Shown piece by piece: positions 1 through 12,392 of a stretch of 64,000 nucleotides of DNA. Both the position numbers and the translations under genes were made by a program. The notes beneath the pieces are model-generated. The model was given only the letters and a program-made list of their open reading frames with translations. It ran no database searches and was not told where the DNA came from. How positions within the stretch are numbered: position 1 is the first letter of the stretch; the number at the start of each line of letters is the position of its first letter. The DNA comes from Chloroflexota bacterium. GTDB lineage: Bacteria; Chloroflexota; Dormibacteria; Dormibacterales; Dormibacteraceae. The stretch spans positions 17,584-81,583 of the forward strand of contig VBGR01000037.1 in NCBI GenBank assembly GCA_005880695.1, written 5' to 3'.

Positions 1-716
1 CGGTTGGCCTTTACGTCGCCCGTCGCCTGCAGACTAGAAAACCGGGAATCCTCCAGCTCGCGTTGGAGCTCGCTTATACCTACGTGCGCGATGACCTCTT
101 CAAGGGCCTTGCCGCGGAAGGTGACGAGGAGGTCGCGAAACGAGCCTCTTTCGTAATGCCATTGGCACTGACCATCGGCTTCTACATCCTGATCGCCAAC
201 TACCTCGACTTCCTACCCCTGCACGGATTGATCCATCCCGCCAATTCCGACTTGAACCAGACCCTGGCGATGGCCCTCGTCGTTTTCGTGACCGTGCAGT
301 GGTACACGTTCCGTGAGCAGGGCCTCTGGGGCTATCTCTACCGCTGGACGAAACCCTTCGAGATGCCGTTGCTGGCGCGAATCGTGTTCATCCCGCTGAA
401 CATCCTCGAAGACCTCATTAAGCCGGTTACCCTGTCCATGCGACTTTTCGGCAATATCCTCGCCGCCGTGATCGTCATCTGGCTGATCACTACTCTCGTG
501 GCATCAATCCCTTATGTCGGGCCATTCTTTCTGGCACCGCTGGCCCTAATCATCTGGAAGGGTTTCGACGTCTTTTTCATCGGCGCCCTCCAAGCCTTCA
601 TCTTCATGCTGCTGACGATCATTTATTTCGGCCAAGCACGAGAGGGCATCCATGAGCGCCACCGCCGCGAACACGCCGGCCAGCCAGACTTAGTTGGAGG
701 AGCAGAGCACTCATGA
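1..716 (+). CDS. atpB: F-type ATP synthase Fo subunit a (5' end lies outside the window)
   Basis: Frame 3 is open from base 3 and the track ORF is 63-716. Multi-TM protein with the subunit-a signature [12 protein letters not shown] (essential Arg). It heads the atpEFHAGDC genes. Confidence 0.85.
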   Translation, partial: VGLYVARRLQTRKPGILQLALELAYTYVRDDLFKGLAAEGDEEVAKRASFVMPLALTIGFYILIANYLDFLPLHGLIHPANSDLNQTLAMALVVFVTVQWYTFREQGLWGYLYRWTKPFEMPLLARIVFIPLNILEDLIKPVTLSMRLFGNILAAVIVIWLITTLVASIPYVGPFFLAPLALIIWKGFDVFFIGALQAFIFMLLTIIYFGQAREGIHERHRREHAGQPDLVGGAEHS

Positions 717-967
717 ACCACGCCATCGCCATCGCCGGAGCCCTGATCGGAGCCGGACTCGCACTGGGCGGAGGCGCGATCGGCGCCGCCGTCGGTGACG
801 GTCTAGGCGGCAGCGCGGTCATCAATGGGATCGCCCGCCAGCCCGAAGCTCAGGGGCGCTTGATGGGAATCCTGGGCCTCGTGATCGGGCTGGTCGAGGC
901 GATGTACTTCATCAACCTTGGCCTCGCCTTCTACTTCATCGTCAGTGTGGCGGCGGCCGTCAAATAG
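713..967 (+). CDS. atpE: F-type ATP synthase Fo subunit c
   Basis: 84 aa helical hairpin with the GIARQPE loop and carboxylate helix [11 protein letters not shown] 713 overlaps the atpB stop (ATGA). Confidence 0.9.
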   Translation: MNHAIAIAGALIGAGLALGGGAIGAAVGDGLGGSAVINGIARQPEAQGRLMGILGLVIGLVEAMYFINLGLAFYFIVSVAAAVK

Positions 968-969
968 CC

Positions 970-1485
970 GTGTACCTCGCCGAGGCCGGCCTGCTCGATA
1001 TCAACGCCAGCTTCCTGATCGAGGTGGCGGTCTTCCTGATCATGCTGGCGATCCTGGCCAAGTGGGTCTGGCCACCGCTCCGCCAGGTGGCCGAGGCCCG
1101 CCAGCGTTTGATCGAGGAGCAGATTACGAAAGCCGAGGAGGCACGGCGGGAGGCGGAAGAACATCTCAAACAGGCCGCGGAGCGGCTGGAGGATGCCCGC
1201 AAGCAGGCCCAGGAGGTCATCGCGGGCGCCAGCCGCGCCGCCGAGCAGGTCCGCGAAGAGCTTAAGGAAAAGGGCGAGGCCGAAGCGAAGCGCCTTGTCG
1301 AAGCCGCCCGCCGGGACATCGAAGCGGCGCGCCGGGCGGCGCTGGAGTCGGTCCGCAGCGAGGTCGGCGACATGGTGATCGAGGCGACCCGGAAGGTGGT
1401 CGGCGAGGCGCTCGACGTGCGTGCCCACAAGAAGCTCATCGACGAGGCGATTCGAGAGGTGGCGGCTGGTGGGCGCAGCAGCTAA
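970..1485 (+). CDS. atpF: F-type ATP synthase Fo subunit b
   Basis: 171 aa with one N-terminal TM helix followed by a long Ala/Glu/Arg-rich helix. GTG start. Position in the operon fits. Confidence 0.85.
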   Translation: MYLAEAGLLDINASFLIEVAVFLIMLAILAKWVWPPLRQVAEARQRLIEEQITKAEEARREAEEHLKQAAERLEDARKQAQEVIAGASRAAEQVREELKEKGEAEAKRLVEAARRDIEAARRAALESVRSEVGDMVIEATRKVVGEALDVRAHKKLIDEAIREVAAGGRSS

Positions 1486-1999
1486 GCGCTACGCGCGCGC
1501 CATCTTCGAGCTCGCTGAAGAGGAGAAAAAGGTCGACCAATGGTCGCAGCGGCTTGAGCTCGTGCGACAGATCCTGGCCAACGAGCAGGTGCGGCAGGTC
1601 GTCCGCAACCCAAGCATTCCCACGGAGGAGCGGGTGGCCTTCGTCGAGAAGCTCGACCTGCCGGGCCTGGGCGCCGAGGGCTTGAACCTCCTCCGCCTGC
1701 TGGTCTCCAACCATCGGGTTGATCAGGCTGACGAGATCGCCGCCGAATTCATGAGCCTGGCCGATGAGGCAGCCGGGCGCATCCGGGCCACCGCCACGAC
1801 TGCGGTCGAGCTCTCCGCGGCTGACCGCGATGGCTTTGCCAAGGACCTTTCCGCTGGGATCGGCAAGGACGTCCGCCTGGAGGTCAGCGTCGACCCCGCC
1901 ATTCTTGGTGGGCTCGTGCTCCAGATTGGGGACCGGCTGCTGGACGCCAGCGTCGCGGGCCGGCTCCAGCAGCTGCGCCGGCAGGTCGTGACCAGGTAA
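1469..1999 (+). CDS. atpH: F-type ATP synthase subunit delta (OSCP)
   Basis: Track ORF is 1421-1999. GTG at 1469 gives the canonical N-terminus [16 protein letters not shown]. The start is uncertain (1421 or 1469). Confidence 0.8.
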   Translation: MGAAAKRYARAIFELAEEEKKVDQWSQRLELVRQILANEQVRQVVRNPSIPTEERVAFVEKLDLPGLGAEGLNLLRLLVSNHRVDQADEIAAEFMSLADEAAGRIRATATTAVELSAADRDGFAKDLSAGIGKDVRLEVSVDPAILGGLVLQIGDRLLDASVAGRLQQLRRQVVTR

Positions 2000-2018
2000 G
2001 GAGAAGAGTGACGCAGAA

Positions 2019-3821
2019 GTGAGCATCAGCTCAGACGACATCACCGACCTAATCAAGGCGCGGCTCAAGGACTTCAAGGCCGAGCTGGTCAGCTCGGAGG
2101 TCGGCCGGATCATCTCGGTCGCCGACGGGATCGCCGCCATCTATGGACTCCAGGGAGCCATGGCGGGCGAGCTGTTGGAGTTCCCGGGCGACGTCTACGG
2201 CATGGCGCTGAACCTGGAGGACGACCAGGTCCGCGCCGTGATCATGGGCCCCTACGAGCACATGCAGGAAGGCGACGAGGTCAAGACCACCGGCCGGATC
2301 GTCGAGGTGCCGGTCGGGCCGGAACTGCTCGGCCGTGTCGTCAACGCGCTCGGTCAACCCATCGACGGCAAGGGCCCGATCGAGTCCAAGAAGACGAGCG
2401 CCGTGGAGAAGATCGCGCCCGGCGTGATCACCCGCCAGCGCGTCGACACGCCGGTGCAGACCGGGATCAAGGCGGTCGACGCCATGATTCCGATCGGCCG
2501 TGGCCAGCGCGAGCTCATCCTCGGCGACCGGCAGACCGGCAAGACGGCGATCCTCCTCGACACGATCATCAACCAGAAGGGCAAGGATCTCGTCTGCATC
2601 TACGTCGCGATCGGCCAGAACGCGAACAGCATCGCCAGGGTGGCCGACACGCTGGACAAGTACGGCGCCCTCGAGTTCACGACGATCGTTGCGGCGACTG
2701 CCTCGGAGCCGGCGACGCTGCAGTACATCGCGCCTTACGCCGGCTGCGCCATGGGCGAGTACTTCCGCGACAAGGGCGAAGAGGCGCTTGTCTGCTACGA
2801 CGACCTCACCAAACACGCGTGGGCATACCGGGAGATGTCGCTCAACCTGCGCCGGCCTCCCGGGCGGGAGGCCTACCCGGGTGACGTCTTCTACCTCCAC
2901 TCGCGGCTCCTGGAGCGCGCGGCCAAGATGAACAAGGCCAACGGTGGCGGCTCCTTGACCGCCTTGCCGGTGATCGAGACGCAGGCCAATGACGTCTCCG
3001 CCTACATCCCCACCAACGTGATCTCGATCACCGACGGCCAGATCTACATGCAGTCGGATCTCTTCAACGCGGGAATCAGGCCGGCCATGTCGGTCGGCAT
3101 CTCGGTCTCACGCGTAGGCGGCGACGCCCAGACCAAGGCCATGCGCCAGGTTGCGGGACGCATGAAGCTCGAGCTCGCCCAGTACCGGGAGCTGGCCGCC
3201 TTCTCCCAGTTCGCATCTGACCTGGACAAGAACACGAGGGACCAGCTCGAGCGCGGCAACCGGCTCACCGAGCTGCTCAAGCAAAAGCAGTACGAGCCGG
3301 TCCCGCTGGGGATTCAGGTCTGCGTCATCTACGCCGGCACGCATGGCTTCGTGGACAAGGTCCCGGTGGCCCGCGTCCCGGAGTGGGAGACCGGCTTCAC
3401 GAGGTTCCTGCGCTCGGAGAGAAAGGATCTCCTGGAGGAGATCGAGAAGCAGAAAGCTCTCGATGACGACCTGAACGGGAAGATCGACGACGCGATCAAA
3501 GCTTTCAACCGCCAGTTCGGCGTCGAGAGCCCGGCGGAAGACAAGAAGGGGGAGCCTGCCAAGGCTGAGGCTAAGACCGAAGGGACCAAGCGCGAAGAGA
3601 CCAAGCCCGAGCCGCCGAAGGCGGAGGCCAAGCCTGAAGAGACCAAGCCCGAGCCGCCCAAGACGGAGGCGAAGCCTGAAGAAACCGGGTCTGAACAAGA
3701 GCGCCGTGGCAACTCTGACCGCCGCCAGGCCGAGCGCCGGAAGGAAACGGCGGCCAACGACCCGGAGCGCCGCCAGGACCAGCGCCGCAAGCAGCAGCGC
3801 CGCACCAAGCGCGCGGAGTAA
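2019..3821 (+). CDS. atpA: F-type ATP synthase subunit alpha with a ~96-aa C-terminal low-complexity extension
   Basis: Walker A GDRQTGKT and alpha-subunit core conserved through ...[12 protein letters not shown] start follows AAGGAG. The 600-aa length exceeds the conserved core by about 96 aa. Confidence 0.95.
   Translation: MSISSDDITDLIKARLKDFKAELVSSEVGRIISVADGIAAIYGLQGAMAGELLEFPGDVYGMALNLEDDQVRAVIMGPYEHMQEGDEVKTTGRIVEVPVGPELLGRVVNALGQPIDGKGPIESKKTSAVEKIAPGVITRQRVDTPVQTGIKAVDAMIPIGRGQRELILGDRQTGKTAILLDTIINQKGKDLVCIYVAIGQNANSIARVADTLDKYGALEFTTIVAATASEPATLQYIAPYAGCAMGEYFRDKGEEALVCYDDLTKHAWAYREMSLNLRRPPGREAYPGDVFYLHSRLLERAAKMNKANGGGSLTALPVIETQANDVSAYIPTNVISITDGQIYMQSDLFNAGIRPAMSVGISVSRVGGDAQTKAMRQVAGRMKLELAQYRELAAFSQFASDLDKNTRDQLERGNRLTELLKQKQYEPVPLGIQVCVIYAGTHGFVDKVPVARVPEWETGFTRFLRSERKDLLEEIEKQKALDDDLNGKIDDAIKAFNRQFGVESPAEDKKGEPAKAEAKTEGTKREETKPEPPKAEAKPEETKPEPPKTEAKPEETGSEQERRGNSDRRQAERRKETAANDPERRQDQRRKQQRRTKRAE
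3597..3680 (+). repeat. Tandem direct repeat, 2 x 42 bp, in frame inside the atpA 3' extension
   Basis: 3597-3638 and 3639-3680 are identical at 39 of 42 positions. Each unit encodes ETKPEPPK(A/T)EAKPE. Confidence 0.85.
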
Positions 3822-3830
3822 AGCGGGGAA

Positions 3831-6175
<2,345 letters not shown>

Positions 6176-6185
6176 CCAGAAGACT

Positions 6186-6599
6186 TTGCCGATACCTGTC
6201 CGCGTCGTGAGCGTCGAGCGGAGCCTCTTCGAGGGTGAGGCCGACTTCATCCTGGCGCGCAGCACCATAGGCGAACTCGGAGTGCTGCCCCGGCACGCGC
6301 CGCTGCTGGCAGTGCTGGCGCCCGGCGAGCTCCGGGTGGACAAGACGGGCGGTGGTTCTGAAGTGCTGTTCGTGGGCGGAGGCTTCATGGAGGTCCTGCC
6401 CGACCGCGTGACAGTGCTCGCCGACGTCGCCGAGCGGGCCGACGAGATCAACCTCGAGCGGGCCGAGCAAACCCGCCGGTCGGTCCAGGAGCGCCTTGCC
6501 GGCCAGGTCGGCACGGAGGAGCGCGTCGAGCTCGAGCAGGCGCTGGCGCGCGCCGAGGCGCGCCTCCGCCTGGCACGGATCCGGCGGGGCGGCGGTTGA
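6186..6599 (+). CDS. atpC: F-type ATP synthase subunit epsilon
   Basis: 137 aa, with a beta-sandwich N-domain and a helical C-terminal hairpin rich in A/R/E. TTG start. Last gene of the operon. Confidence 0.9.
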   Translation: MPIPVRVVSVERSLFEGEADFILARSTIGELGVLPRHAPLLAVLAPGELRVDKTGGGSEVLFVGGGFMEVLPDRVTVLADVAERADEINLERAEQTRRSVQERLAGQVGTEERVELEQALARAEARLRLARIRRGGG

Positions 6600-7912
6600 G
6601 CTCGGCCTCGCGCGCCGGCGCGGGGCGTGACGATGTAATCCGCGTCACCGGCGGCCGGCCTCTCCACGGGCGCCTCTGTGTCGGTGGGTCCAAAAACGCG
6701 ACCCTCCCGATACTCGCGGCGTGCCTCTTGACGGCCGAGCCGGTCCGCGTCACGAACCTCGCCGAGGTGACCGACACGCAGGTGATGCTCGAGATCCTGA
6801 AAGGGCTCGGATGCGACGTGGATCTGCCGCTGGTGCACGCCGCGGACGTCAGCGGACGGGTATCACCGGAACTTGCCCGCAAGATGCGCGCCTCGCTCGT
6901 CCTCCTGGGTCCGCTCCTGGCTCGCCGCGGCGAGGTGCGGCTGCCCAGGCCGGGCGGCGATGACATCGGCACGCGCCGGGTCGAGCAGCACATCGGGGGG
7001 CTGCGGCGGCTGGGCGCCGTGGTCGAGGAAACTCCTGAGGAGTTCATCGCCAGCGCGGATCGGCTGCACGGTGCCCGGATCGTGCTGGACATGCCGACGG
7101 TGACCGGCACCGAGAACCTGATGATGGCCGCCGTCCTCGCGAAAGGCAGGACCGAGATCTTGAACGCCGCCCGCGAGCCTCACGTCCAGGACCTCGCCCT
7201 CTTTCTCAACGGCCTCGGCGCGCAGGTCACAGGGGCCGGTACCGACGAGATCGTGGTGGAGGGGGTGGAGGCTCTTCACGGGGGCGAGCACAGCATCCGC
7301 CCGGACTACCTGGAAGCCGGCACGTACGCCATCGCGGTGGCGGCGACCGGGGGCGAGATCGTCCTCGAGTGCAGCCCTTCGGGAGACTTGAACGTCCCGG
7401 TGATCAAGCTCCAGCAGGCTGGAGTCGAGGTCGACGTCGGCGAGCTCGAGATCAGCATCCGCCGGCCGCGCAGCTCGCCGCTGCGGGCGGTCGACCTGAC
7501 GACCTGGGTTCACCCGGGTTTTCCGACCGACCTCCAGGCGCAGTACATGGCGCTGATGACGCAGGCGGAGGGCTTGAGCGTCATCTCCGAGTACATCTTC
7601 GAGAACCGCTTCCAGCACGTGGCCGAGCTGGTGAAGATGGGCGCCCGGATCGAGAGCCTGGACGGGCGAACCAAGGCAGTCCACGGTCCCAGCAGGCTCC
7701 GGGGGACCGACCTGGAGGTGCCCGACATCCGGGCCGGTGCGGCGATGGTCATCGCGGCGCTCTGTGCGGAAGGCGAGTCCATGCTTCACCATGCCTGGCA
7801 CGTGGATCGCGGCTACCCGGACATGGTTACCCGCCTGGCGGAGCTGGGCGCCGACATCGCCCGCGTAACAGGGGATGGGCTGGCGCAGGTGCCGCGGGGA
7901 AGCTTTGAGTAG
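6596..7912 (+). CDS. murA: UDP-N-acetylglucosamine 1-carboxyvinyltransferase
   Basis: 438 aa with [14 protein letters not shown] near the N-terminus and an EPSP-synthase-like fold pattern. TTG start overlaps the atpC stop (TTGA). Confidence 0.9.
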   Translation: MSSASRAGAGRDDVIRVTGGRPLHGRLCVGGSKNATLPILAACLLTAEPVRVTNLAEVTDTQVMLEILKGLGCDVDLPLVHAADVSGRVSPELARKMRASLVLLGPLLARRGEVRLPRPGGDDIGTRRVEQHIGGLRRLGAVVEETPEEFIASADRLHGARIVLDMPTVTGTENLMMAAVLAKGRTEILNAAREPHVQDLALFLNGLGAQVTGAGTDEIVVEGVEALHGGEHSIRPDYLEAGTYAIAVAATGGEIVLECSPSGDLNVPVIKLQQAGVEVDVGELEISIRRPRSSPLRAVDLTTWVHPGFPTDLQAQYMALMTQAEGLSVISEYIFENRFQHVAELVKMGARIESLDGRTKAVHGPSRLRGTDLEVPDIRAGAAMVIAALCAEGESMLHHAWHVDRGYPDMVTRLAELGADIARVTGDGLAQVPRGSFE

Positions 7913-8121
7913 CGTGGATGAGGCTTGACTGGGCCCCGGCCGAAGGCCAGGGGCGGCCGCGAGTGCGGCCGATGGGGGGCAGCGCCGCGCGGAGCGCGGC
8001 GCGCCGCCGGTGTCAAGGCCGCCGCAGGCGGGCGAGCGCAGGCGAGCCGGAGGCTTGACGCCGGCGTTGTCGGGGGGGCGGAGCCTCCCAGGCAAGGTGA
8101 TGGTGGAGGGTCTCTGCTGGG

Positions 8122-9129
8122 GTGTTAGCAAAGAAAATCGGGATAGATCTGGGCACCAGCACCGTGCTCGTGTATGTCCGAGGCGAGGGCATAGTCATCA
8201 ACGAGCCCAGCCTGGTCGCCGTGAATCGGGACGGCTCCCGGATCCTGGCGGTCGGCACCCAGGCACGCGAGATGGTGGGTCGTACCCCGGAGAGCATTCA
8301 GGTCGTGCGGCCGATGCGCGACGGAGTCATCGCCGACTTCGTGGCGACCGAAGGCATGCTGCACTACTTCATCGCCCGGGTTCAGGGTCGCCAGCGCATC
8401 TTCAAGCCCGAGGTGATGATCTGCGTGCCCTCGGGTGTCACCTCCGTGGAGCGGCGCGCCGTCACCGAGGCGGCGATCTCCGCCGGCGCCAAGCAGGCGT
8501 GGCTGATCGACGAGCCCCTGGCTGCCGCGATCGGCGCCGACCTGCCTATCAACCAGCCCAGCGGGCACGCCATCTGCGATATCGGTGGCGGCACCACCGA
8601 GATCGCGGTGATCTCGCTTTCGGGGATGGTCGTCGCCCACTCGATCCGAGTCGGCGGCAACCGCATCGACGACGCCATCGCCGCCTACATCAAGCGCAAG
8701 CACAGCCTGTTGATCGGTGAGCGCACCGCGGAGGAGGTCAAGATCGAGATCGGCGCCGCGGTCCAGCTGAAAGAGGAGCTCTCGATGGAGGTACGAGGCC
8801 GCGACCTCGTGTCCGGCCTTCCCAAGAACGTCAAGGTGACCTCGCAGGAGGTGGTCGAGGCGATCCAGGAGCCGCTGGCGGCGATCGTGGGAGCCGTCCG
8901 CGCGGTGCTGGAGGAGACGCCGCCTGAGCTGGCAGCGGACATCTTTGACAAGGGGATCGTGCTGACCGGCGGGGGAGCCCAGCTGCGCGGCATCGACAGG
9001 TACCTGGTCATGCACACCGGCGTGCCGGCGATCGTGGCCGACGATCCGCAGACCTGCGTCGCCCGCGGGACCGGCCTGGCGCTCGAGCACTTCGAGGTGC
9101 TCAAGCGCAACCAGCTGTACCTCCGTTAA
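8122..9129 (+). CDS. mreB: Rod-shape-determining actin homologue MreB
   Basis: Actin-fold motifs IGIDLGTSTVLVYV, DIGGGTTEIAVIS and LTGGGAQLRGID. GTG start. Codon 2 is TTA. Confidence 0.92.
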   Translation: MLAKKIGIDLGTSTVLVYVRGEGIVINEPSLVAVNRDGSRILAVGTQAREMVGRTPESIQVVRPMRDGVIADFVATEGMLHYFIARVQGRQRIFKPEVMICVPSGVTSVERRAVTEAAISAGAKQAWLIDEPLAAAIGADLPINQPSGHAICDIGGGTTEIAVISLSGMVVAHSIRVGGNRIDDAIAAYIKRKHSLLIGERTAEEVKIEIGAAVQLKEELSMEVRGRDLVSGLPKNVKVTSQEVVEAIQEPLAAIVGAVRAVLEETPPELAADIFDKGIVLTGGGAQLRGIDRYLVMHTGVPAIVADDPQTCVARGTGLALEHFEVLKRNQLYLR

Positions 9130-9205
9130 TCCTCCGCTGAGCGCCGCGGGCGAAGGGGTTCACCTCGCCGTCGATGGCGGCGCGCTGAGCGAGCCCCGGG
9201 CCGGC

Positions 9206-10252
9206 ATGGCCACCTACACGCGGGAGATCCTGCGCGCGATGGTCGCGGCGAGACCGCTGGCGCGCCTGACCGTCTACCTTCCGCACAGCGCCGAGCGGCC
9301 GCTGGCCGCCACCAACGTTGCCTACCGCGAGATCCCCGGCCCGCGCCTGCTCGGACGCCACCAGCGCTGGCCGGCTCGGATCCGGCGGCAGGACCCGGAC
9401 GCCTACTTCAGCCCGATGGGCCAGCTCCCACTGCTCGATGTCCGCTGTCCGTCGGTGCTGACGGTGCACGACCTGGCGATCTACCGCCGTCCCGAGTGGT
9501 TTCCACCCGGCCAGCCGCTCAGCACCAGGCTCGTGGTGCCGCGGTCGATCGAGCGCGCCACGGCCTTGATCGCGGTCTCCCGCTCCACGGCTCGGGACCT
9601 GGCTCAGCTCTTCGACGCCGGACCGGATCGCGTGCATGTGGTTCCCGAGGGCGTCAGCGACGCTTTCCAGCCGCTGCCGCCCGATCAGCTCGAGGAGGTC
9701 AAGGAGCGCTACGCGCTGCCCGACCGTTTCATCCTCTTCGTGGGAACCATCTCGCCGCGAAAGAACCTGCCCACACTGGTCGAGGCCTGGCGCACGATGG
9801 CCGACCGGCCGCGGCTGGTGCTGGCCGGTCCCTGGGGCTGGCGCCACGAGCAGCTGCAGCGAGAGGTCGAGGAGCTGGGGGAGGCGATCCTCCACCTGCC
9901 GTCGGTCCCACCGGAAGACCTGCCCGCGCTCTACAACCTCGCCACCTGCCTGGCCCACCCGGCTTTCTACGAGGGCTTCGGCTTGACGCCGCTGGAGGCG
10001 ATGGCGTGCGGGACGCCTGTGGTCTCCTCCGACCGGTCATCCCTGCCGGAGGTCGTTGGCGACGCCGCCCTGCTGGCCTCGCCGGACGACGTCGGGGCTT
10101 GGCGCGCCGCGCTGGAGGCGGTGCTCTACGACCCGGGAGTGGCTTCGCAGCTGCGTCGCAAAGGGATCCTGAGAGCGGCCGAGTTCACCTGGTCGAAGGC
10201 CGCGGAGCGGACCTGGCGGGTCCTGGAAGGGGTAGCCCTACAGCGGCCCTAA
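9206..10252 (+). CDS. Glycosyltransferase family 4 (GT-B fold)
   Basis: Motifs FVGTISPRKN and EGFGLTPLEAMACGTPVV. The first beta-strand (HLAVDGGAL, 9161-9187) is encoded in frame upstream of the track start, where only a CTG (9137) is available. The true start is therefore uncertain. Confidence 0.75.
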   Translation: MATYTREILRAMVAARPLARLTVYLPHSAERPLAATNVAYREIPGPRLLGRHQRWPARIRRQDPDAYFSPMGQLPLLDVRCPSVLTVHDLAIYRRPEWFPPGQPLSTRLVVPRSIERATALIAVSRSTARDLAQLFDAGPDRVHVVPEGVSDAFQPLPPDQLEEVKERYALPDRFILFVGTISPRKNLPTLVEAWRTMADRPRLVLAGPWGWRHEQLQREVEELGEAILHLPSVPPEDLPALYNLATCLAHPAFYEGFGLTPLEAMACGTPVVSSDRSSLPEVVGDAALLASPDDVGAWRAALEAVLYDPGVASQLRRKGILRAAEFTWSKAAERTWRVLEGVALQRP

Positions 10253-11315
10253 CCACCTCCGCGACACCTTCCGCCGTCCGTTCCCAAGTAAAGCTCTGCG
10301 CCCGGCGCCGGCCGTCGGCGGCCAGGCGTGCCCGGAGTTCCGGCTGCGCGCGAAGGCGTTCGACCGCCTCGGCAATGCCCTCCGGGTCGTCCGCATAGAG
10401 GGCGGCCTCGCCGGCCACCTCAGGCAGCGAGCCGGCCTGGCTGAGGACGCACGGCAGGCCTTGGCGCAGAGCCTCGAGCACCGGGAAGCCAAAACCCTCG
10501 TAGAGGCTCGGAAAGAGGAGCACCTCCGCCCGCCGGTAGAGGAGGTCGCGGACCGCGTCGTCGACGTGTCCGACCAGCCGGCAGTGCGGCGAGGCGGCCA
10601 GCCGCGCTCCCATTGCCGGGTCGACGATCCGGCCCGCGCAGACCAGTAGTAAGCCCGGCACCCGCTCGACCGCCGCCAGCGCCGCGAGCTGGTTCTTCCG
10701 CGGCTCGATGCGGCCGACGCAGAGCGCGAACGGCCCCTCGATGTCGAGGCCGGCCAACCGGCGCTCGTCATCCGCTCGGGCCGGTTCGACCGGCGTCTCC
10801 CCCCCGCCTGGGTGGACAACCGAAACGCGGGCCGGGTCCACCCCATAGAAGTCGGCCAGGTCCCGGCGAGTGGCGTCCGAGACCGCAACCAGCGCCCGGC
10901 AGCGGGCGGCCGCCGAGCGAGTGGTCCAGCGCAGGTAGGCGCGCTCTCGCGGCCCGTAGGCGTTCGGGAACCGCTCGAAGGCGAGGTCGTGAAACACCGT
11001 CACCGCCGGCACCGGGCACCAGGCCGGTACCACGTGGGCCAACACCAGCAAGAGGGCCGGGCGGCGGCGGGCGAGCTCGATCGGGAGTCGAGCTTGCGAC
11101 CAGAGGCGGGGGAGGGGCAGCACGGTGAGGTCGACGCCCAGCCCCGGGGCTGGGCGCGAGGCGTAGAAGGTCCAGCCGAGTTCAGGGGCGACCGCCGGCA
11201 GTCGCCGGACCACCTCGCGCGCATAGAGCTCGGTTCCGGTGATCAGGCGGCGGGTGGCCGGGTTGGCGTCAACGGCGATCGCCGGGACGAAACCAGGCTC
11301 AATTTTTAGATTCAT
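10185..11315 (-). CDS. Glycosyltransferase family 4 (GT-B fold)
   Basis: Motifs VGRIEPRKN and EGFGFPVLEALRQGLPCV. Track ORF 10185-11450 was trimmed to ATG 11315 (MNLKIEPGFVPAIAVDAN). Its 3' end overlaps the convergent GT4 by 68 nt. Confidence 0.75.
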   Translation of the reverse strand: MNLKIEPGFVPAIAVDANPATRRLITGTELYAREVVRRLPAVAPELGWTFYASRPAPGLGVDLTVLPLPRLWSQARLPIELARRRPALLLVLAHVVPAWCPVPAVTVFHDLAFERFPNAYGPRERAYLRWTTRSAAARCRALVAVSDATRRDLADFYGVDPARVSVVHPGGGETPVEPARADDERRLAGLDIEGPFALCVGRIEPRKNQLAALAAVERVPGLLLVCAGRIVDPAMGARLAASPHCRLVGHVDDAVRDLLYRRAEVLLFPSLYEGFGFPVLEALRQGLPCVLSQAGSLPEVAGEAALYADDPEGIAEAVERLRAQPELRARLAADGRRRAQSFTWERTAEGVAEVVRAAVGLPLPGPARSAPRPSTR

Positions 11316-11346
11316 TTCAGGCGAAGCGTCTAAGGTAGGGAACCAG

Positions 11347-12366
11347 GTGAACGGTTTGCGCCCCGGCCGCGGGCGGGCGGGCGCGGGCGCGCTGGTCGTG
11401 ATAGCGGCCATTGCGATCGCGCAGGCCCTTTCACAAGGATCGTCGATCACGGCGGTCTACGCACGCCCATCCCTGCCCACTCTCAGCTACGGCGTGCCTG
11501 ACGCCGCTCATGCGCCCAAGGCGCCGCCTGCCTCCAGCTGGGTCGTCTACCCGCCTGATTCGGGCTCCAACGTGGTGCCGGTCGGCAAGGCGTCGGTCCA
11601 GGTGCCGATCCTCATGTATCACTACATCCGGCCGCTGCCCGACCCGTCCCTCGACCGGCTGGGCCACAACCTGTCAGTCTCACCGGGCGACTTCACCGCC
11701 CAGATGGACTGGCTGCGCGACAACGGGTTCAACCCGGTCACCATCTCCGATCTGCGCGCCTATCTCGACGGCAAGCGAGCGCTGCCCGGCCGGCCGGTCG
11801 TCCTCACGTTCGACGACGGCTACCTGGACTTCTACACGACGGCCTGGCCGATCCTGAAACAGCACCACTTCAAGTCCGTGGCTTACATCGTGAGCGGCTT
11901 CGCGCAGGACCCGCGCACCAACTACATGAACGCGGAGCAGGTGCGGGAGGTGGCCCGCGCCGGGGTCGAGATCGGCTCCCACACGGTCACCCACGCCGAT
12001 CTCGCCCGCACGCCACCCTCCGAGGTGGTCTGGCAGCTGACGGAGAGCAAGCGGGTGCTGGAGGGCATGATCGGCGGGCCCGTTGACGACTTCTGCTACC
12101 CGGCCGGCCGCTTCGACCCGTCGGTGGTTCAGGCGGTCAGGGACGCCGGCTACCAGAGCGCCACCACTACGCACGATGGCGCGACGCACGACCTGAACGG
12201 CCGCTTCACCTGGGATCGCGTCCGGGTCGAAGGCGGCGAGCCTCTCGACCTTTTCGCCAAGAGCCTCGCCAGCCATGAGGATGGCGTCGCGGCGCCAACG
12301 ATCGACCCGATCCGCCTGCCGCGTACCTGGCCGCTCGTCTACGTAGGGCCGCTGGCTCCGAGCTGA
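11347..12366 (+). CDS. Polysaccharide deacetylase (NodB homology domain), membrane anchored
   Basis: LTFDDGYLDFY and HTVTHADL motifs with an N-terminal TM helix. GTG 11347 follows AAGGTAGGG. The track ORF began at 11239, overlapping the divergent gene. Confidence 0.8.
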   Translation: MNGLRPGRGRAGAGALVVIAAIAIAQALSQGSSITAVYARPSLPTLSYGVPDAAHAPKAPPASSWVVYPPDSGSNVVPVGKASVQVPILMYHYIRPLPDPSLDRLGHNLSVSPGDFTAQMDWLRDNGFNPVTISDLRAYLDGKRALPGRPVVLTFDDGYLDFYTTAWPILKQHHFKSVAYIVSGFAQDPRTNYMNAEQVREVARAGVEIGSHTVTHADLARTPPSEVVWQLTESKRVLEGMIGGPVDDFCYPAGRFDPSVVQAVRDAGYQSATTTHDGATHDLNGRFTWDRVRVEGGEPLDLFAKSLASHEDGVAAPTIDPIRLPRTWPLVYVGPLAPS

Positions 12367-12392
12367 ACCAGCCGCCGAGATAATTCCTCGGC

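Noticed and set aside
3597-3680. Tandem repeat considered as a possible CRISPR or VNTR element
   Set aside because: It has only two units with no spacers and is in frame within atpA. It is reported as a coding repeat instead.
7920-8059. Two copies of GAGGCTTGAC (7920-7929 and 8050-8059) in the murA-mreB spacer, considered as tandem -35 elements. Also a 9-bp GC hairpin near 7981-8003.
   Set aside because: No plausible -10 hexamer lies 16-18 nt downstream of either TTGAC. The hairpin lacks a T-tract. The evidence is too weak to call promoters or a terminator.
6863-8131. 422-aa minus-strand ORF over murA and the murA-mreB spacer
   Set aside because: It is antisense to murA, with a shadow-ORF composition.
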